From Myxococcota bacterium (GTDB taxonomy: Bacteria; Myxococcota_A; UBA796; GCA-2862545): a stretch of 26,851 nucleotides of DNA. Under the pieces are notes generated by a model, which saw only the letters and a program-made list of their open reading frames with translations, was not told where the DNA came from and searched no databases. Numbering within the stretch: position 1 is the first letter of the stretch; the number at the start of each line of letters is the position of its first letter. The stretch is from contig JBCCQY010000126.1 of assembly GCA_039208735.1 (NCBI GenBank), positions 1 through 26,851 of the forward strand, in the 5' to 3' direction. Positions 1-10,006 of the stretch are shown here, piece by piece. Made by a program: the position numbers and the translations under genes.

Positions 1-1
1 G

Positions 2-187
2 CGGGCGCCGGGCTACACGGTGTACGGATGGTTCGAAAAGGCGCTCGAACTCTATGACCGAGCCAATGAGCTAGCTTCGCCCGGCAACGACGACGCGATC
101 TTGCGCTACAACACCTGTGCGCGAATCCTAAATCGCAACCCGTCCATTCGGCCCACGCACCACGGCGATTTGCACATGACTGAATGA
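2..187 (+). CDS. 3' end of conserved hypothetical (TPR-like helical) protein, 5'-partial
   Basis: Frame 2 is open from the window edge: RAPGYTVYGWFEKALELYDRANELASPGNDDAILRYNTCARILNRNP...MTE, stop TGA at 185-187. The 'PGNDDAILR(W/Y)NTCAR' motif resembles a conserved hypothetical family (from memory). Not in the ORF track because it has no start codon here. Confidence 0.65.
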   Translation, partial: RAPGYTVYGWFEKALELYDRANELASPGNDDAILRYNTCARILNRNPSIRPTHHGDLHMTE

Positions 188-200
188 ACGGATCGAGCGT

Positions 201-947
201 TTACTTGCCCGTCCCGAAGACGGCGCGCATCACCATGGCAACTGGATCGTAGTACCGATCCACCACGCGTTCCTTGAGGGGAATGATGCCATTGTCGGTG
301 ATACCGATGTGTTCGGGGCACACCTCTGTACAGCATCGAGTGATGTTGCACATCCCACTTCCGAATTCGGAGCGGGTAGCCGGGATGCGGTCCTCCGTAT
401 CGAGGGGATGCATCTCGAGCTGCGCCACCCGAATCATGAACCGCGGACCCACAAACTGGTCGCGTTTGCCATGGTCACGCAGCACGTGGCAGGTGTCCTG
501 GCACAAGAAGCACTCGATGCACTTGCGGAACTCCTGCACCCGATCGACGTCGACCTGCTGCATGCGATAGTCCCCATCCGCGGGCCGTTCCGGTGGCTTA
601 AAAGGGGGAATTCGCTCGTTTTGCTTGTAGTTCCACGAGACGTCGGTCACCAAATCCTTGATGATGGGAAACGCCTTCATAGGCTGCACGGTAAGCGGCT
701 CGTCGACGGGATAGTCGGACAGGCGGGTCATGCAGGCGAGCTTGGGCTTGCCGTTGACCTCCATCGAACACGACCCGCACTTGCCCGCTTTGCAGTTCCA
801 CCGCACGGCCAGGTCCGGCGCATGTTCGGCCTGAACCCGATGCACGAGGTCGAGCACGACCATGCCCTCGTCCACCTCTGACGTGTACTCCTTGAAGGAG
901 CCCCCGTCTTTGTCGCCACGCCACACACGAAGAGTGCGATCAGCCAT
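201..947 (-). CDS. sdhB: Succinate dehydrogenase/fumarate reductase iron-sulfur subunit
   Basis: Fe-S motifs CKAGKCGSC...C, CIECFLCQDTC and CNITRCCTEVCP. ATG at 947 (MADRTLRVWRG) overlaps the sdhA stop. Confidence 0.95.
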   Translation of the reverse strand: MADRTLRVWRGDKDGGSFKEYTSEVDEGMVVLDLVHRVQAEHAPDLAVRWNCKAGKCGSCSMEVNGKPKLACMTRLSDYPVDEPLTVQPMKAFPIIKDLVTDVSWNYKQNERIPPFKPPERPADGDYRMQQVDVDRVQEFRKCIECFLCQDTCHVLRDHGKRDQFVGPRFMIRVAQLEMHPLDTEDRIPATRSEFGSGMCNITRCCTEVCPEHIGITDNGIIPLKERVVDRYYDPVAMVMRAVFGTGK

Positions 948-2781
948 TGGTGGGTCCCTCCATTTTCTCGAGTTCTTCGACGGTTGAATGCCCAATCTCG
1001 GCGAGTTCCGCGGGTGGGTCGGACCGCTCTAGTTTCGAGATGGCCATGCTGCCATCGTCCGCCTTCTGGATCACGAGGTTCACCTTGCCCCAATCCTCGC
1101 GCTCCCCTTCGTAATCGACGCGAGAGTGGGCGCCGCGGCTCTCTTGACGCATATGGGCGGCCCGAGCGACGGCTTCGGCGCACACGAGCAACGACGACAA
1201 GTCGAGCGCCTCGTGCCAGCCAGGATTGTATTGCGAAGAGCCGTGCGCCTTGACCTTCGCCACGCGCTCCTTCAGCTTCGCCAGTCCCGCGATGCCGTTC
1301 GACAATCGTTCGTCATCGCGCCAGATCCCCACGTCGTTCTGCATGAGGTCCTTGATTTCGTCGTGAAGGACATAGGGGTTCAGCCCGTCCTCACGGTTCA
1401 GCACGTCCCGCGCAGCCCCAAAGGACGCCTCAATGGCCTCGCCATCCATCTCGTTGGCGGCGCTCGACTCGAGGAACTCCTTGGCCCCGATGCCTGCGAG
1501 CCGGCCGAACACAATGAGATCGGACAACGAGTTGCCCCCAAGTCGGTTCGCGCCGTGCAGCCCCGCCGCGCACTCGCCACAGGCAAACAATCCTGGAACC
1601 CGCGTCATTTGCGTATCAGAATCGACCCGAATGCCGCCCATCATGTAGTGGCACGTCGGTCCGACCTCCATCGAATCCCGGGTGATGTCGAGCTCCGCCA
1701 GTTCTTTGAACTGGTGGTACATCGAGGGGAGCTTCCGCTTGATGTGCTCCGCATCCCGTCGGCTGGCGATGTCGAGGAAGGCTCCTCCGTGGGGCGAACC
1801 CCGGCCCGCCGCCACCTCGCTCATGATGGCGCGAGCCACGACGTCACGGGTGAGCAGTTCAGGAGGCCGTCGTGCCGTCATGTCGCCCGAGGCCCACCGA
1901 TCTGCCTCTTTGATGGTGTCGGCGGTCTCGTCCTTAAAGCGGGGCGGGATGTAATCGAACATGAAGCGGCGGCCCTCCGAGTTGAGGAGAATGCCGCCCT
2001 CTCCGCGCACCCCTTCCGTCACCAGCGTTCCCCGCACCGACGGTGGCCACACCATGCCCGTGGGGTGGAACTGGGTGAACTCCATGTCCATCAACTCGGC
2101 GCCCGCGTGGTAGGCCATGGCCTGCCCATCGCCCGTGTACTCCCAAGAGTTCTACGTGACGCGCCAGGCCTTTCCGGCCCCCCCGGTCGCCAGGATGATG
2201 GCTTTGGTGCGGAAGATGACGAACCGCCCCGACTCTCGCCAAATCCCCGTCATGCCCGCAATGCGGCCTTCCGAATCTTGAATGAGATCGAGGGCCCGGC
2301 ATTCCATGTGAACCTGAATGCCGCTGTGCACACCCTTGTCTTGGAGCGTCCGAATCAGCTCGAGCCCCGTTCGGTCGCCCACGTGGGCCAGGCGCCCGTA
2401 CCGGTGGCCCCCGAAGTTGCGTTGGTTGATCTTCCCGTCTTTCGTTCGATCAAAGACCGCGCCCCAGGCTTCGAGTTCGCGGATGCGGTCCGGGGCCTGT
2501 TGCGCGTGCAATTCGGCCATGCGCCATTGGTTAAGGAACTTGCCCCCCCGCATCGTGTCGCGAAAGTGCACCTTCCAATTGTCGCGTGGATCGGTATTCC
2601 CCAACGCCGCTGCGGCTCCGCCCTCGGCCATGACGGTGTGCGCTTTGCCCAGCAGCGACTTGCATACAATCCCGGTGTCGAGGCCTTGACGCGAACACTC
2701 GATCGCCGCGCGAAGGCCCGCTCCACCAGCCCCCACCACGATCACATCGTGCTCGATGGTCTGAATCTCAGATAGGTCCAT
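940..2781 (-). pseudogene. sdhA: Succinate dehydrogenase/fumarate reductase flavoprotein subunit interrupted by one in-frame TAG at 2152-2154 (nonsense mutation or base-call error)
   Basis: Track ORFs 2152..2877 and 940..2118 share one frame and read ...GKAWRVT*NSWEYTGDGQAMAY... Motifs GAGGAG, KAHTVMAEGG (covalent-FAD His), QFHPTG, TEGVRGEGG, RDVVAR, HYMMGG and HGANRLGGNSL are all intact. ATG at 2781 overlaps the upstream TGA. Confidence 0.9.
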
Positions 2782-3611
2782 CAGAACGCTCCCCAGGTAT
2801 TGAGGTCCGTGATCACACCCATCGAAACAAGGCGAACGTAGAGATCCGCAAAGAGGATCCAGTACAGACTCAACCACGCGAACTGCATGTGCCGCGCATT
2901 AAGCCAGGATGAAGGACGCCAAAGGTTAAATCGAGCACGCTCGATGCCGCCACACGAAAAGCAGTTCAGCTGGCCGCCGACCAGGTGCCGCCACGCGTGA
3001 CAACCCAGAGTGTAGCCCGTCAACAAGATCGCGTTGACCAAGATGATGACGCTGCCCACTCCCACACCGAACTGACCGTTGTAGAAGAAGCCCTGCGCCG
3101 CCTCGTAGAAGAGAATCGGCAGGAGAAGGAGGGCGAAATAAAGGGTGTAGCGGTGAAGATTCTGAAAGATCAGAATCGTGGTTTCACCAGTATAGTTGTT
3201 TAGTGGAACTCCTTGCACCGCGCAGGCGGGAGGGGTTCCGAAGAACGACCGGTAGTAGGCCTTGCGGTAGTAGTAGCACGTGGCCCTAAAGGTAGCGGGA
3301 AACAGGAAGATGAGCAGAGCCGGTGAGGCGGGAATCCACTCGGGCCACCAAGAAGGCCAGACACCAAACCAGGCGTGTTCGACCGGGGCCGACCCTACGG
3401 CGGTGATGTCGGTGAACAGCAGAGGCGCGTAGAATGGCGATAGGTAGGGACCCACGTAATAGTGCTGGGCCTGCAGGGCCGCCCAGGTGTAGTAAATGCC
3501 CCAAGCGACCAGGCCCGCAAGGGTTAACGTTGGTCCGACCCACCATTGGTCCGTCCGGGTGGTGGCCCCGAACCCCCGGGTGTGGCCACCGACGTCAGCA
3601 ACGTTGCTCAT
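2781..3611 (-). CDS. Succinate dehydrogenase membrane anchor, mycobacterial Sdh1 (Rv0249c-like) type
   Basis: About five hydrophobic segments. Motifs FRATCYYYRKAYYRSF, PPACAV, FQNLHRY, GCHAWRHLVGG and NARHMQFAW. SD GAGGAG upstream; first gene of the operon with sdhA and sdhB. Confidence 0.85.
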   Translation of the reverse strand: MSNVADVGGHTRGFGATTRTDQWWVGPTLTLAGLVAWGIYYTWAALQAQHYYVGPYLSPFYAPLLFTDITAVGSAPVEHAWFGVWPSWWPEWIPASPALLIFLFPATFRATCYYYRKAYYRSFFGTPPACAVQGVPLNNYTGETTILIFQNLHRYTLYFALLLLPILFYEAAQGFFYNGQFGVGVGSVIILVNAILLTGYTLGCHAWRHLVGGQLNCFSCGGIERARFNLWRPSSWLNARHMQFAWLSLYWILFADLYVRLVSMGVITDLNTWGAF

Positions 3612-3745
3612 GTGGTGCTCTCCTCAGCTTGTAACCCCGGATACTACTGGCCAAACCAAAGGACGTTGTTGAACTCCCTCACGGTCGGGATCATCGCTCC
3701 GCGAATGACGTTACGCAGGGCGCGCTTCGAGGCCCGAGGCACGCC

Positions 3746-4792
3746 TCAACCGTGCAGGACGAGGTCAGGCCGGGCATTCTGAATCTGGCGCCTGGAAAGC
3801 TCTGGAATGACGTCGCGAGTCCCGTAGACGTGGCGCAGGGTGGGTCGCCAGCCGGTGCACAGTGCCTCCTCGATTTCGGGGCCCCACTCGGTCGTCGGAG
3901 AGAGCCAGAGTTCCGTCAAGCGAGGAAGACCCGCCAGTACCGCGACGAGCTGTCCGTCCGTGACGGAAATGGGGGGCAGATCGAATCGGGTGACGTCGCG
4001 GAACCATGCAAGCTCATCAAGCCAATCCGGCGGAACATCGTAGCCAGGCGGTGGCTCCGATCGATCGACCGCATCGACGCGATCGTCCTGCCACACCACG
4101 CGAGCGCCAAGCTGCTGGGCAAGGTCTTGGACGCCCGTGCGGTCGGGGAAGGGCCAGCGCACCCGGGTGAATTGGAACGTCCGTTCGATGAGGCGGTTGT
4201 GGAACCACAAATCACAGGAGCCATGCCTCCCTTCGTGGACAAGCTCAAACCCTCGCTCGGTCCAACGCCCACGCAGGCACCGACTCCCATCCTCGACCAA
4301 CGGCAGCCGCATCGCATTCGCCCGCCGCCATCCCACTACGCGCTGCAGGGCGTCTTCGAGGTCGCCGGCCAAGCGCCCCAGCGGCGGGAGCCTCCAATCT
4401 CGGTCCCCAGTCACGTCCTGGTGCTCCCAGAAGTTCGCGACCCAGCAACACGGCAACCCTTGCAGCGCTCCGGTGAGACGCGCCGCCTGGTCATCCGCGA
4501 TGTTGGCAAACTTCCGAACATCAAGCACCGAAACCTCGGCGACCTCTCCATGGCTCGTGCCACAGTCATCGATGGCCTCAATGACGCGCCAGAGTTCCTC
4601 CGCCGTGGTGACGCCACCCTTGAGTCTGACCACGAGCACACCGATCGCATCGACCTCGCGAAGGGTGGCGCGAATCCGCACATTCGTTTCTGGAACCCGA
4701 AACTTCTTGGCCAGCGCGACCTCCGCGGACAAGCTCGCCTGACGTAACTCCTGGCTGGTCGCGGCCGCGATGTCGGAGTACGGGGGAACCAT
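3746..4792 (-). CDS. Hypothetical protein with a short LRR-like C-terminal segment
   Basis: Long ORF filling the gap between the sdh operon and tuf. ATG at 4792 chosen (track start 4903 runs into the tuf leader). Tail [15 protein letters not shown] is LRR-like. Confidence 0.55.
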   Translation of the reverse strand: MVPPYSDIAAATSQELRQASLSAEVALAKKFRVPETNVRIRATLREVDAIGVLVVRLKGGVTTAEELWRVIEAIDDCGTSHGEVAEVSVLDVRKFANIADDQAARLTGALQGLPCCWVANFWEHQDVTGDRDWRLPPLGRLAGDLEDALQRVVGWRRANAMRLPLVEDGSRCLRGRWTERGFELVHEGRHGSCDLWFHNRLIERTFQFTRVRWPFPDRTGVQDLAQQLGARVVWQDDRVDAVDRSEPPPGYDVPPDWLDELAWFRDVTRFDLPPISVTDGQLVAVLAGLPRLTELWLSPTTEWGPEIEEALCTGWRPTLRHVYGTRDVIPELSRRQIQNARPDLVLHG

Positions 4793-4914
4793 GCGGACCC
4801 ACCGCCCCGTCTCGAACTCCGTTGCCGCAACGACGGCTGCCTCTTTGGCCGCCTCATTGTTGGAATCGGATTCGTGCGCTCGGAGGCACGGGGGCTGAAG
4901 CAAACGCGACGTCC

Positions 4915-4979
4915 CCCCCTCCGAGCGAAGCTCGAGGGGGCAGGGAGGTCTCCTCGGGCACCACCACCCAAAGGAGACC
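4915..4979 (+). promoter_or_regulatory. Structured 5' leader of the EF-Tu paralogue: two tandem hairpins, the second sequestering the SD
   Basis: Hairpin A 4915-4940: CCCCCTCCGAGC-GAA-GCTCGAGGGGG with one bulge. Hairpin B: GGTCTCCT (4947-4954) pairs perfectly with AGGAGACC (4972-4979), covering SD AAGGAG (4971-4976) 7 nt before ATG 4984. Confidence 0.6.
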
Positions 4980-4983
4980 CGTC

Positions 4984-6153
<1,170 letters not shown>

Positions 6154-6180
6154 GGACGACGGCCCTTCATCCTTGACGCT

Positions 6181-6221
6181 GCGCCGTCGACCTCCCTGGA
6201 GGTCGGCGGCGCTTTGCGTTT
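6181..6221 (+). terminator. Rho-independent terminator after tuf, possibly also serving the convergent gene
   Basis: 14-bp stem GCGCCGTCGACCTC / GAGGTCGGCGGCGC (one G-U), 4-nt loop CCTG, then TTTGCGTTT. Lies between convergent stops at 6153 and 6221. Confidence 0.8.
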
Positions 6222-7342
6222 CAGGGCAAATGCGGCCGCACGGCCCGCACGAGCCGAAAGCCAATGTTCGGGGACCCTGCCGCCGACCAGTGCGAGCCAC
6301 CCCATCTCGCAACCACATGACGTCCCATGCGAAAGCTCACTCGAACCGCGTACGCCGAATCGGACCATGATCCCCCCCGCAACACGTACTGCTCGGGCTC
6401 TTCGGGAGGCTCTAGCGTCTCGTCGGTGACCGCTCGGTACGCCAACGCCCAATACGGGTCGCTCGTCCACTCCCAAACCCCACCCGCCATGCCGTAAAGA
6501 CCGTAGTCGTTCGGCGGAAGCGTCCGGGGGTCGCGAATCGCGAACTGGCCCATGTGGTTTGCATCGCACCGTTCTCGGGTGGGAGGCGCATGGCCCCAGG
6601 GGTAGGGCGCATCGATTCGACCGCCGCGTGCGGCCTTTTCCCATTCGGCCTCGGTAGGCAGCCGATACACGGAATTCGGCGTGGACAGCTTGGCTGCGAG
6701 CGCCATCGCCGCCTGCCGACTGACCGCCACCATGGGCTTTCGATCGTAGGCCCAAGGCCGTTCGGGATGCGCGCGTTGCGGCGTACCAAATGCCTCCGAG
6801 GCCGCCACGAGTTCTCCGTTTCGTCGCCAGGTCAAATGCGCCGCATGCGCATGCCAGTCCCGGGCCGCCTCCGTCTCGGTTTCGCAGTACTGAAAGCGGA
6901 TCTTGTTGGAATTGGAGATCGCGAATCCCTCATTGTCCTCCACATCCGAGGGCATCGCTCCGTCGGGCGGGGCAGACCAGCCGTTGAGGTGGCAGAACGC
7001 AGCCCACGTCATGGGCACCTCCGCGACGTGATAGGCCGCCGTGCGTACGCGGTGGACCGGCCGTTCATCAGGGTCTCCGTCCTCGGACCCCATCCGGAAG
7101 CTGCCCGCCGGAACGTAGCGAAACAAAAGGCCATGCTCCTCGACCGCCAGCGAGTCGAGCAGCGACGTCCGCCGCAGGGCGATGGATGCATCGTCGGGAG
7201 CAAGCCCAAACGCCCTGTCCAAGGCCGAAGCGGCGAGGTGAAGGTCACCCTGTTCGAAAAACCAATCCGCCGCGACGAGTGCCTCACCTGGGTCGCCGTC
7301 CGGTCCGCACGCCTCGAGCACCCGTTCTGGATCGAACCTCAT
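6221..7342 (-). CDS. FGE-sulfatase (SUMF1/EgtB/PvdO-fold) domain protein with N-terminal TPR-like helices
   Basis: FRMGS..DPDERPVH, YRLPTEAEWEKAARGG, PNDYGLYGMAGGVWEW, VLRGGSW, NIGFRLVR. ATG at 7342 overlaps the rSAM stop (ATGA). Confidence 0.9.
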   Translation of the reverse strand: MRFDPERVLEACGPDGDPGEALVAADWFFEQGDLHLAASALDRAFGLAPDDASIALRRTSLLDSLAVEEHGLLFRYVPAGSFRMGSEDGDPDERPVHRVRTAAYHVAEVPMTWAAFCHLNGWSAPPDGAMPSDVEDNEGFAISNSNKIRFQYCETETEAARDWHAHAAHLTWRRNGELVAASEAFGTPQRAHPERPWAYDRKPMVAVSRQAAMALAAKLSTPNSVYRLPTEAEWEKAARGGRIDAPYPWGHAPPTRERCDANHMGQFAIRDPRTLPPNDYGLYGMAGGVWEWTSDPYWALAYRAVTDETLEPPEEPEQYVLRGGSWSDSAYAVRVSFRMGRHVVARWGGSHWSAAGSPNIGFRLVRAVRPHLP

Positions 7343-8595
7343 CGGTCGACCACCACGTTGGTGGAAGGATGGCGGTCTTGGCGAGCCCTCCACTCCTCGT
7401 ACCAGGGGTCGGGCGCATCGAGGTGACCGTTAAACGTCTGGGCCCGGGCCCGGCAGCCCCCCTCAAACCCACCGCAGCCGTCGCAGCCCAACTGGCGCAA
7501 CGCGGTGAATCCCTCACTTTCATTCCAGATCTGCGTGAAGGAGGCGGCATCGAGTCGACCCGCCACCGCGCCCGGACCGAGGAAGCTACAGGGGCTCACC
7601 TCACCGGAAGACGACACCGACGCGATGAGGGTTCCTGCCCCACAGCCCTTTCCTACGAATGTCCGGGCCTGCAGCGTCTCCCGGATCTGCGGCGAAAAGG
7701 GATCGATGGCATGCAGATCGCTCGACTCGGGATGCCACATGGCCAGGCGGTCCAGCGCATCGGCGTAGGCATCGTAAGACGGCATGAGGTCGAGGTGCGC
7801 CATCGCCGTGCCCACTGGGTAGAGCGGGCGAAACACGGCCGTATGGGCGCCCAATGCCTTGGCAAGCTTCGCGCAGGCCTCGACCTCCGAGGCCAAGGGA
7901 GTGGTGATGGTGAAGGCCAAGGTAAACCGAGCGTGGCGAGAGAGAAGGCGAATCTTCTCGATCGCACGATCGAAGGTTCCGGGACCTCGAATGCGGTCGT
8001 GGGTGGCCGCAGACGCCCCATCGAGGCTCACATTGAGCCACATGAGGTCGCGCCGGCCCAACTCCTTCGCCCAGTGCTCATCGAGGTGAAGCCCGTGCGT
8101 GGTGAGGCACGGGTGCAGCCCTTGGGCCGTCGCCGCATCCACGATCTCGAGCAGATCGCGACGCAACAGCGGTTCGCCCCCGGTCAAGCCAAGCCGGAAG
8201 CTCCCCATCGCGGCCAACTCCACAAACAACGCCTCCATGGCGTCCAAGGAAAGGGCGCCCTTGCGGGGTAGTTCACCCGCAAAACAATGGGCACAGGCCA
8301 AATCACAGGCAGCGATGACCTCGAGATGCACCGCGAGCGGCCCCAGCAAGTGAGCGGCCGGCGGATGGGCCTCGACGACTTCGGCGTCGAAGCGACCATT
8401 GAGATCGAAGAAGCCGCTTGGCTCGAGAGCCTCGAATAGGGCCGGTCCATCGGGCAGGGAAAACAGAGGAAGGTCAATGGCTTCGCGCAACCGTACTGTC
8501 ACCGCATGGTCAAACGGAAGGTAGCGCGAACGACGCCGGTCGAAGACCAGACTGCCAAAGTGTTGGGGCACGAGTACCAAGGGTCGCCGGCTCAT
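7339..8595 (-). CDS. Radical SAM/SPASM enzyme (MftC/PqqE-like) with N-terminal RRE/MftB-like extension
   Basis: CDLACAHC (CX3CX2C), LTGGEPLLR, VSLDG, HDRIRGPGTF; C-terminal CGAG...GEVSPC...IWN...CDGC...GGCRARA...DP. ATGA overlaps at both ends. Confidence 0.9.
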   Translation of the reverse strand: MSRRPLVLVPQHFGSLVFDRRRSRYLPFDHAVTVRLREAIDLPLFSLPDGPALFEALEPSGFFDLNGRFDAEVVEAHPPAAHLLGPLAVHLEVIAACDLACAHCFAGELPRKGALSLDAMEALFVELAAMGSFRLGLTGGEPLLRRDLLEIVDAATAQGLHPCLTTHGLHLDEHWAKELGRRDLMWLNVSLDGASAATHDRIRGPGTFDRAIEKIRLLSRHARFTLAFTITTPLASEVEACAKLAKALGAHTAVFRPLYPVGTAMAHLDLMPSYDAYADALDRLAMWHPESSDLHAIDPFSPQIRETLQARTFVGKGCGAGTLIASVSSSGEVSPCSFLGPGAVAGRLDAASFTQIWNESEGFTALRQLGCDGCGGFEGGCRARAQTFNGHLDAPDPWYEEWRARQDRHPSTNVVVDR

Positions 8596-9170
8596 ACGGG
8601 CTCCACGTCCAAGACGCCACGCAGGACGACGCGAGGCCCCATGACGCGCAACGGCGGGATGCCGGATTCAACGATGCGCCGAAACCGCCAGCCCACATTG
8701 GTTTCGAGTGCATCGTAGAGGGTCGTGCCGTCTTTGCACGCCGCCCATGCGGCTACCTCCGTCTCCGGGGCCGCCCAGCCCTCAGGAGGGCTGCCATGCC
8801 AGCGCCAATCGCGACCCGGCCGTATCTCAGGACGGGGTTGTTCGGTCGTTTGGGGAGCAAAGGCGAACGCGAAAGGACTGGGCTCTTCAGGCAAGGCGAC
8901 AAGCTCAACCGCGATGACGTGAGCCCCGGGTGAAAGCTGTACCCACAGGTTGGTCACGGGCGCCCCGTCGATCCAAACCGCGACCTGGCCCAAGGTGGCG
9001 ACGCGGAGGTACCCGTCCACGCCCAGGGTGGGATCCAGCCACCGCAGCACCACGCCTCCGCAGCCGGCGGGGACTTCGCAGTGGCTGTGTTCTTCAAGTA
9101 CCACCCGAGGGGATCGCTTGGTCAACGCATACAACGTGTTGATGCGCAGGTCTTCGTCGTCTCGACTCAT
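8592..9170 (-). CDS. Hypothetical protein with N-terminal LEEHSHCEVPAGCGGVVLRW motif and a beta-sandwich-like domain (192 aa)
   Basis: ATG at 9170 with GGAGG upstream; stop overlaps the rSAM start. C-terminal part (VAVWIDG, LSPGAHVIAVEL, WRW...PPEGW...W) resembles carbohydrate-binding beta-sandwich modules. Confidence 0.75.
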   Translation of the reverse strand: MSRDDEDLRINTLYALTKRSPRVVLEEHSHCEVPAGCGGVVLRWLDPTLGVDGYLRVATLGQVAVWIDGAPVTNLWVQLSPGAHVIAVELVALPEEPSPFAFAFAPQTTEQPRPEIRPGRDWRWHGSPPEGWAAPETEVAAWAACKDGTTLYDALETNVGWRFRRIVESGIPPLRVMGPRVVLRGVLDVEPV

Positions 9171-9184
9171 CGCGCCTCCCGCCG

Positions 9185-10006
9185 TCAGCTCACCGCCCGG
9201 GCCACCACGATGAGCAGCGCCACGAAGAGGGCAAGCCCCGCGACGAGCCACGCCACCCGCCATGGACTGATCGGCGCTTCACCATACGATCGTCCCGTCT
9301 GCCCATTCACGACGAACCGGTACGGCATGTCGCGATAGCGATACACGCCGACAAACACGGGAATCAGGACCGGTTCACCCTTCAGATCGTGCACCGAAGC
9401 ACTGGGGCGAATCTCGATCAACGCCCGCTGTCGCGCAATCGCGTTGGCGTGCCGTTCAGCGATTTCCGATCGGGCGTGGTCTCGGGCCGCTTCGCGAGTG
9501 ACCGTCGAGACTTCGAAGTCGATGTCGGTGGCATCAGGGTCGAAGGGCTCGAGCGTGGTGAGGAAGGAGCCCAACGCACGGAGTTCGGCCTGGGTCAACG
9601 CCGCCGATCCCGGAATCAGGACATGGGTGAACCGATCCGTCACCTTGCCCGACACCGGCTCCTTTCCCGATGCCGTCCTCGCCGAGACCAAACCGGTGAA
9701 GTGGGTTTCCACCGTCGCCGAAAACGCCCAAGCGGGAACAAAGATCCGCCGCAACTCGAGCTTCGCCTCCCGCAAGTCGGACGGATAGAAAAGAGAGGAA
9801 CCAGAGAATCGACGAAACTCATCACGGGTTTCGTCCTCGGAACGTACGAACGGCCCCACCCCCATGGGACGTTCGATGTCGGCGTCGACCGCAACCAGAT
9901 CCCTGGCATCCGCCCCACAAAACAAACAGGTGGGAAACGACCGTCCGGGTGCAGCAGACACCGCACCACCGCATTGCGTGCAGGACACCGCCGAAATCGT
10001 GTTCAA
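9185..10006 (-). CDS. Zinc-ribbon membrane-anchored protein (YdjG-like), paralogue 2
   Basis: TTG at 10006 overlaps the upstream TGA, SD GGAGGGAG. CTQC...CLFC; C-terminal LIPVF...YRFVVNGQTG...GEAPIS followed by a TM helix. Confidence 0.75.
   Translation of the reverse strand: MNTISAVSCTQCGGAVSAAPGRSFPTCLFCGADARDLVAVDADIERPMGVGPFVRSEDETRDEFRRFSGSSLFYPSDLREAKLELRRIFVPAWAFSATVETHFTGLVSARTASGKEPVSGKVTDRFTHVLIPGSAALTQAELRALGSFLTTLEPFDPDATDIDFEVSTVTREAARDHARSEIAERHANAIARQRALIEIRPSASVHDLKGEPVLIPVFVGVYRYRDMPYRFVVNGQTGRSYGEAPISPWRVAWLVAGLALFVALLIVVARAVS

Noticed and set aside
2152..2154. Genome-wide TAG reassignment or pyrrolysine to explain the sdhA amber codon
   Set aside because: TAG terminates other genes here at sensible ends (10945, 15232, 22831, 26196). 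The position is a family Ser one base from TCG, and no pyl genes are in the window.
1126..2775. Long antisense ORFs (e.g. 1126..2775 +, 4411..5883 -, 17676..18761 +, 20525..21514 +, 22525..23634 +)
   Set aside because: Shadow frames of well-supported genes, expected at high GC, with no recognisable motifs.
6221..6380. Diversity-generating retroelement target (FGE/CLec-fold C-terminus)
   Set aside because: No second near-identical copy (template repeat) and no reverse transcriptase seen in the window.
7339..8595. Calling the rSAM mftC or pqqE
   Set aside because: No MftA (IDGMCGVY) or PqqA (ExxxY) precursor and no other mft/pqq genes nearby.
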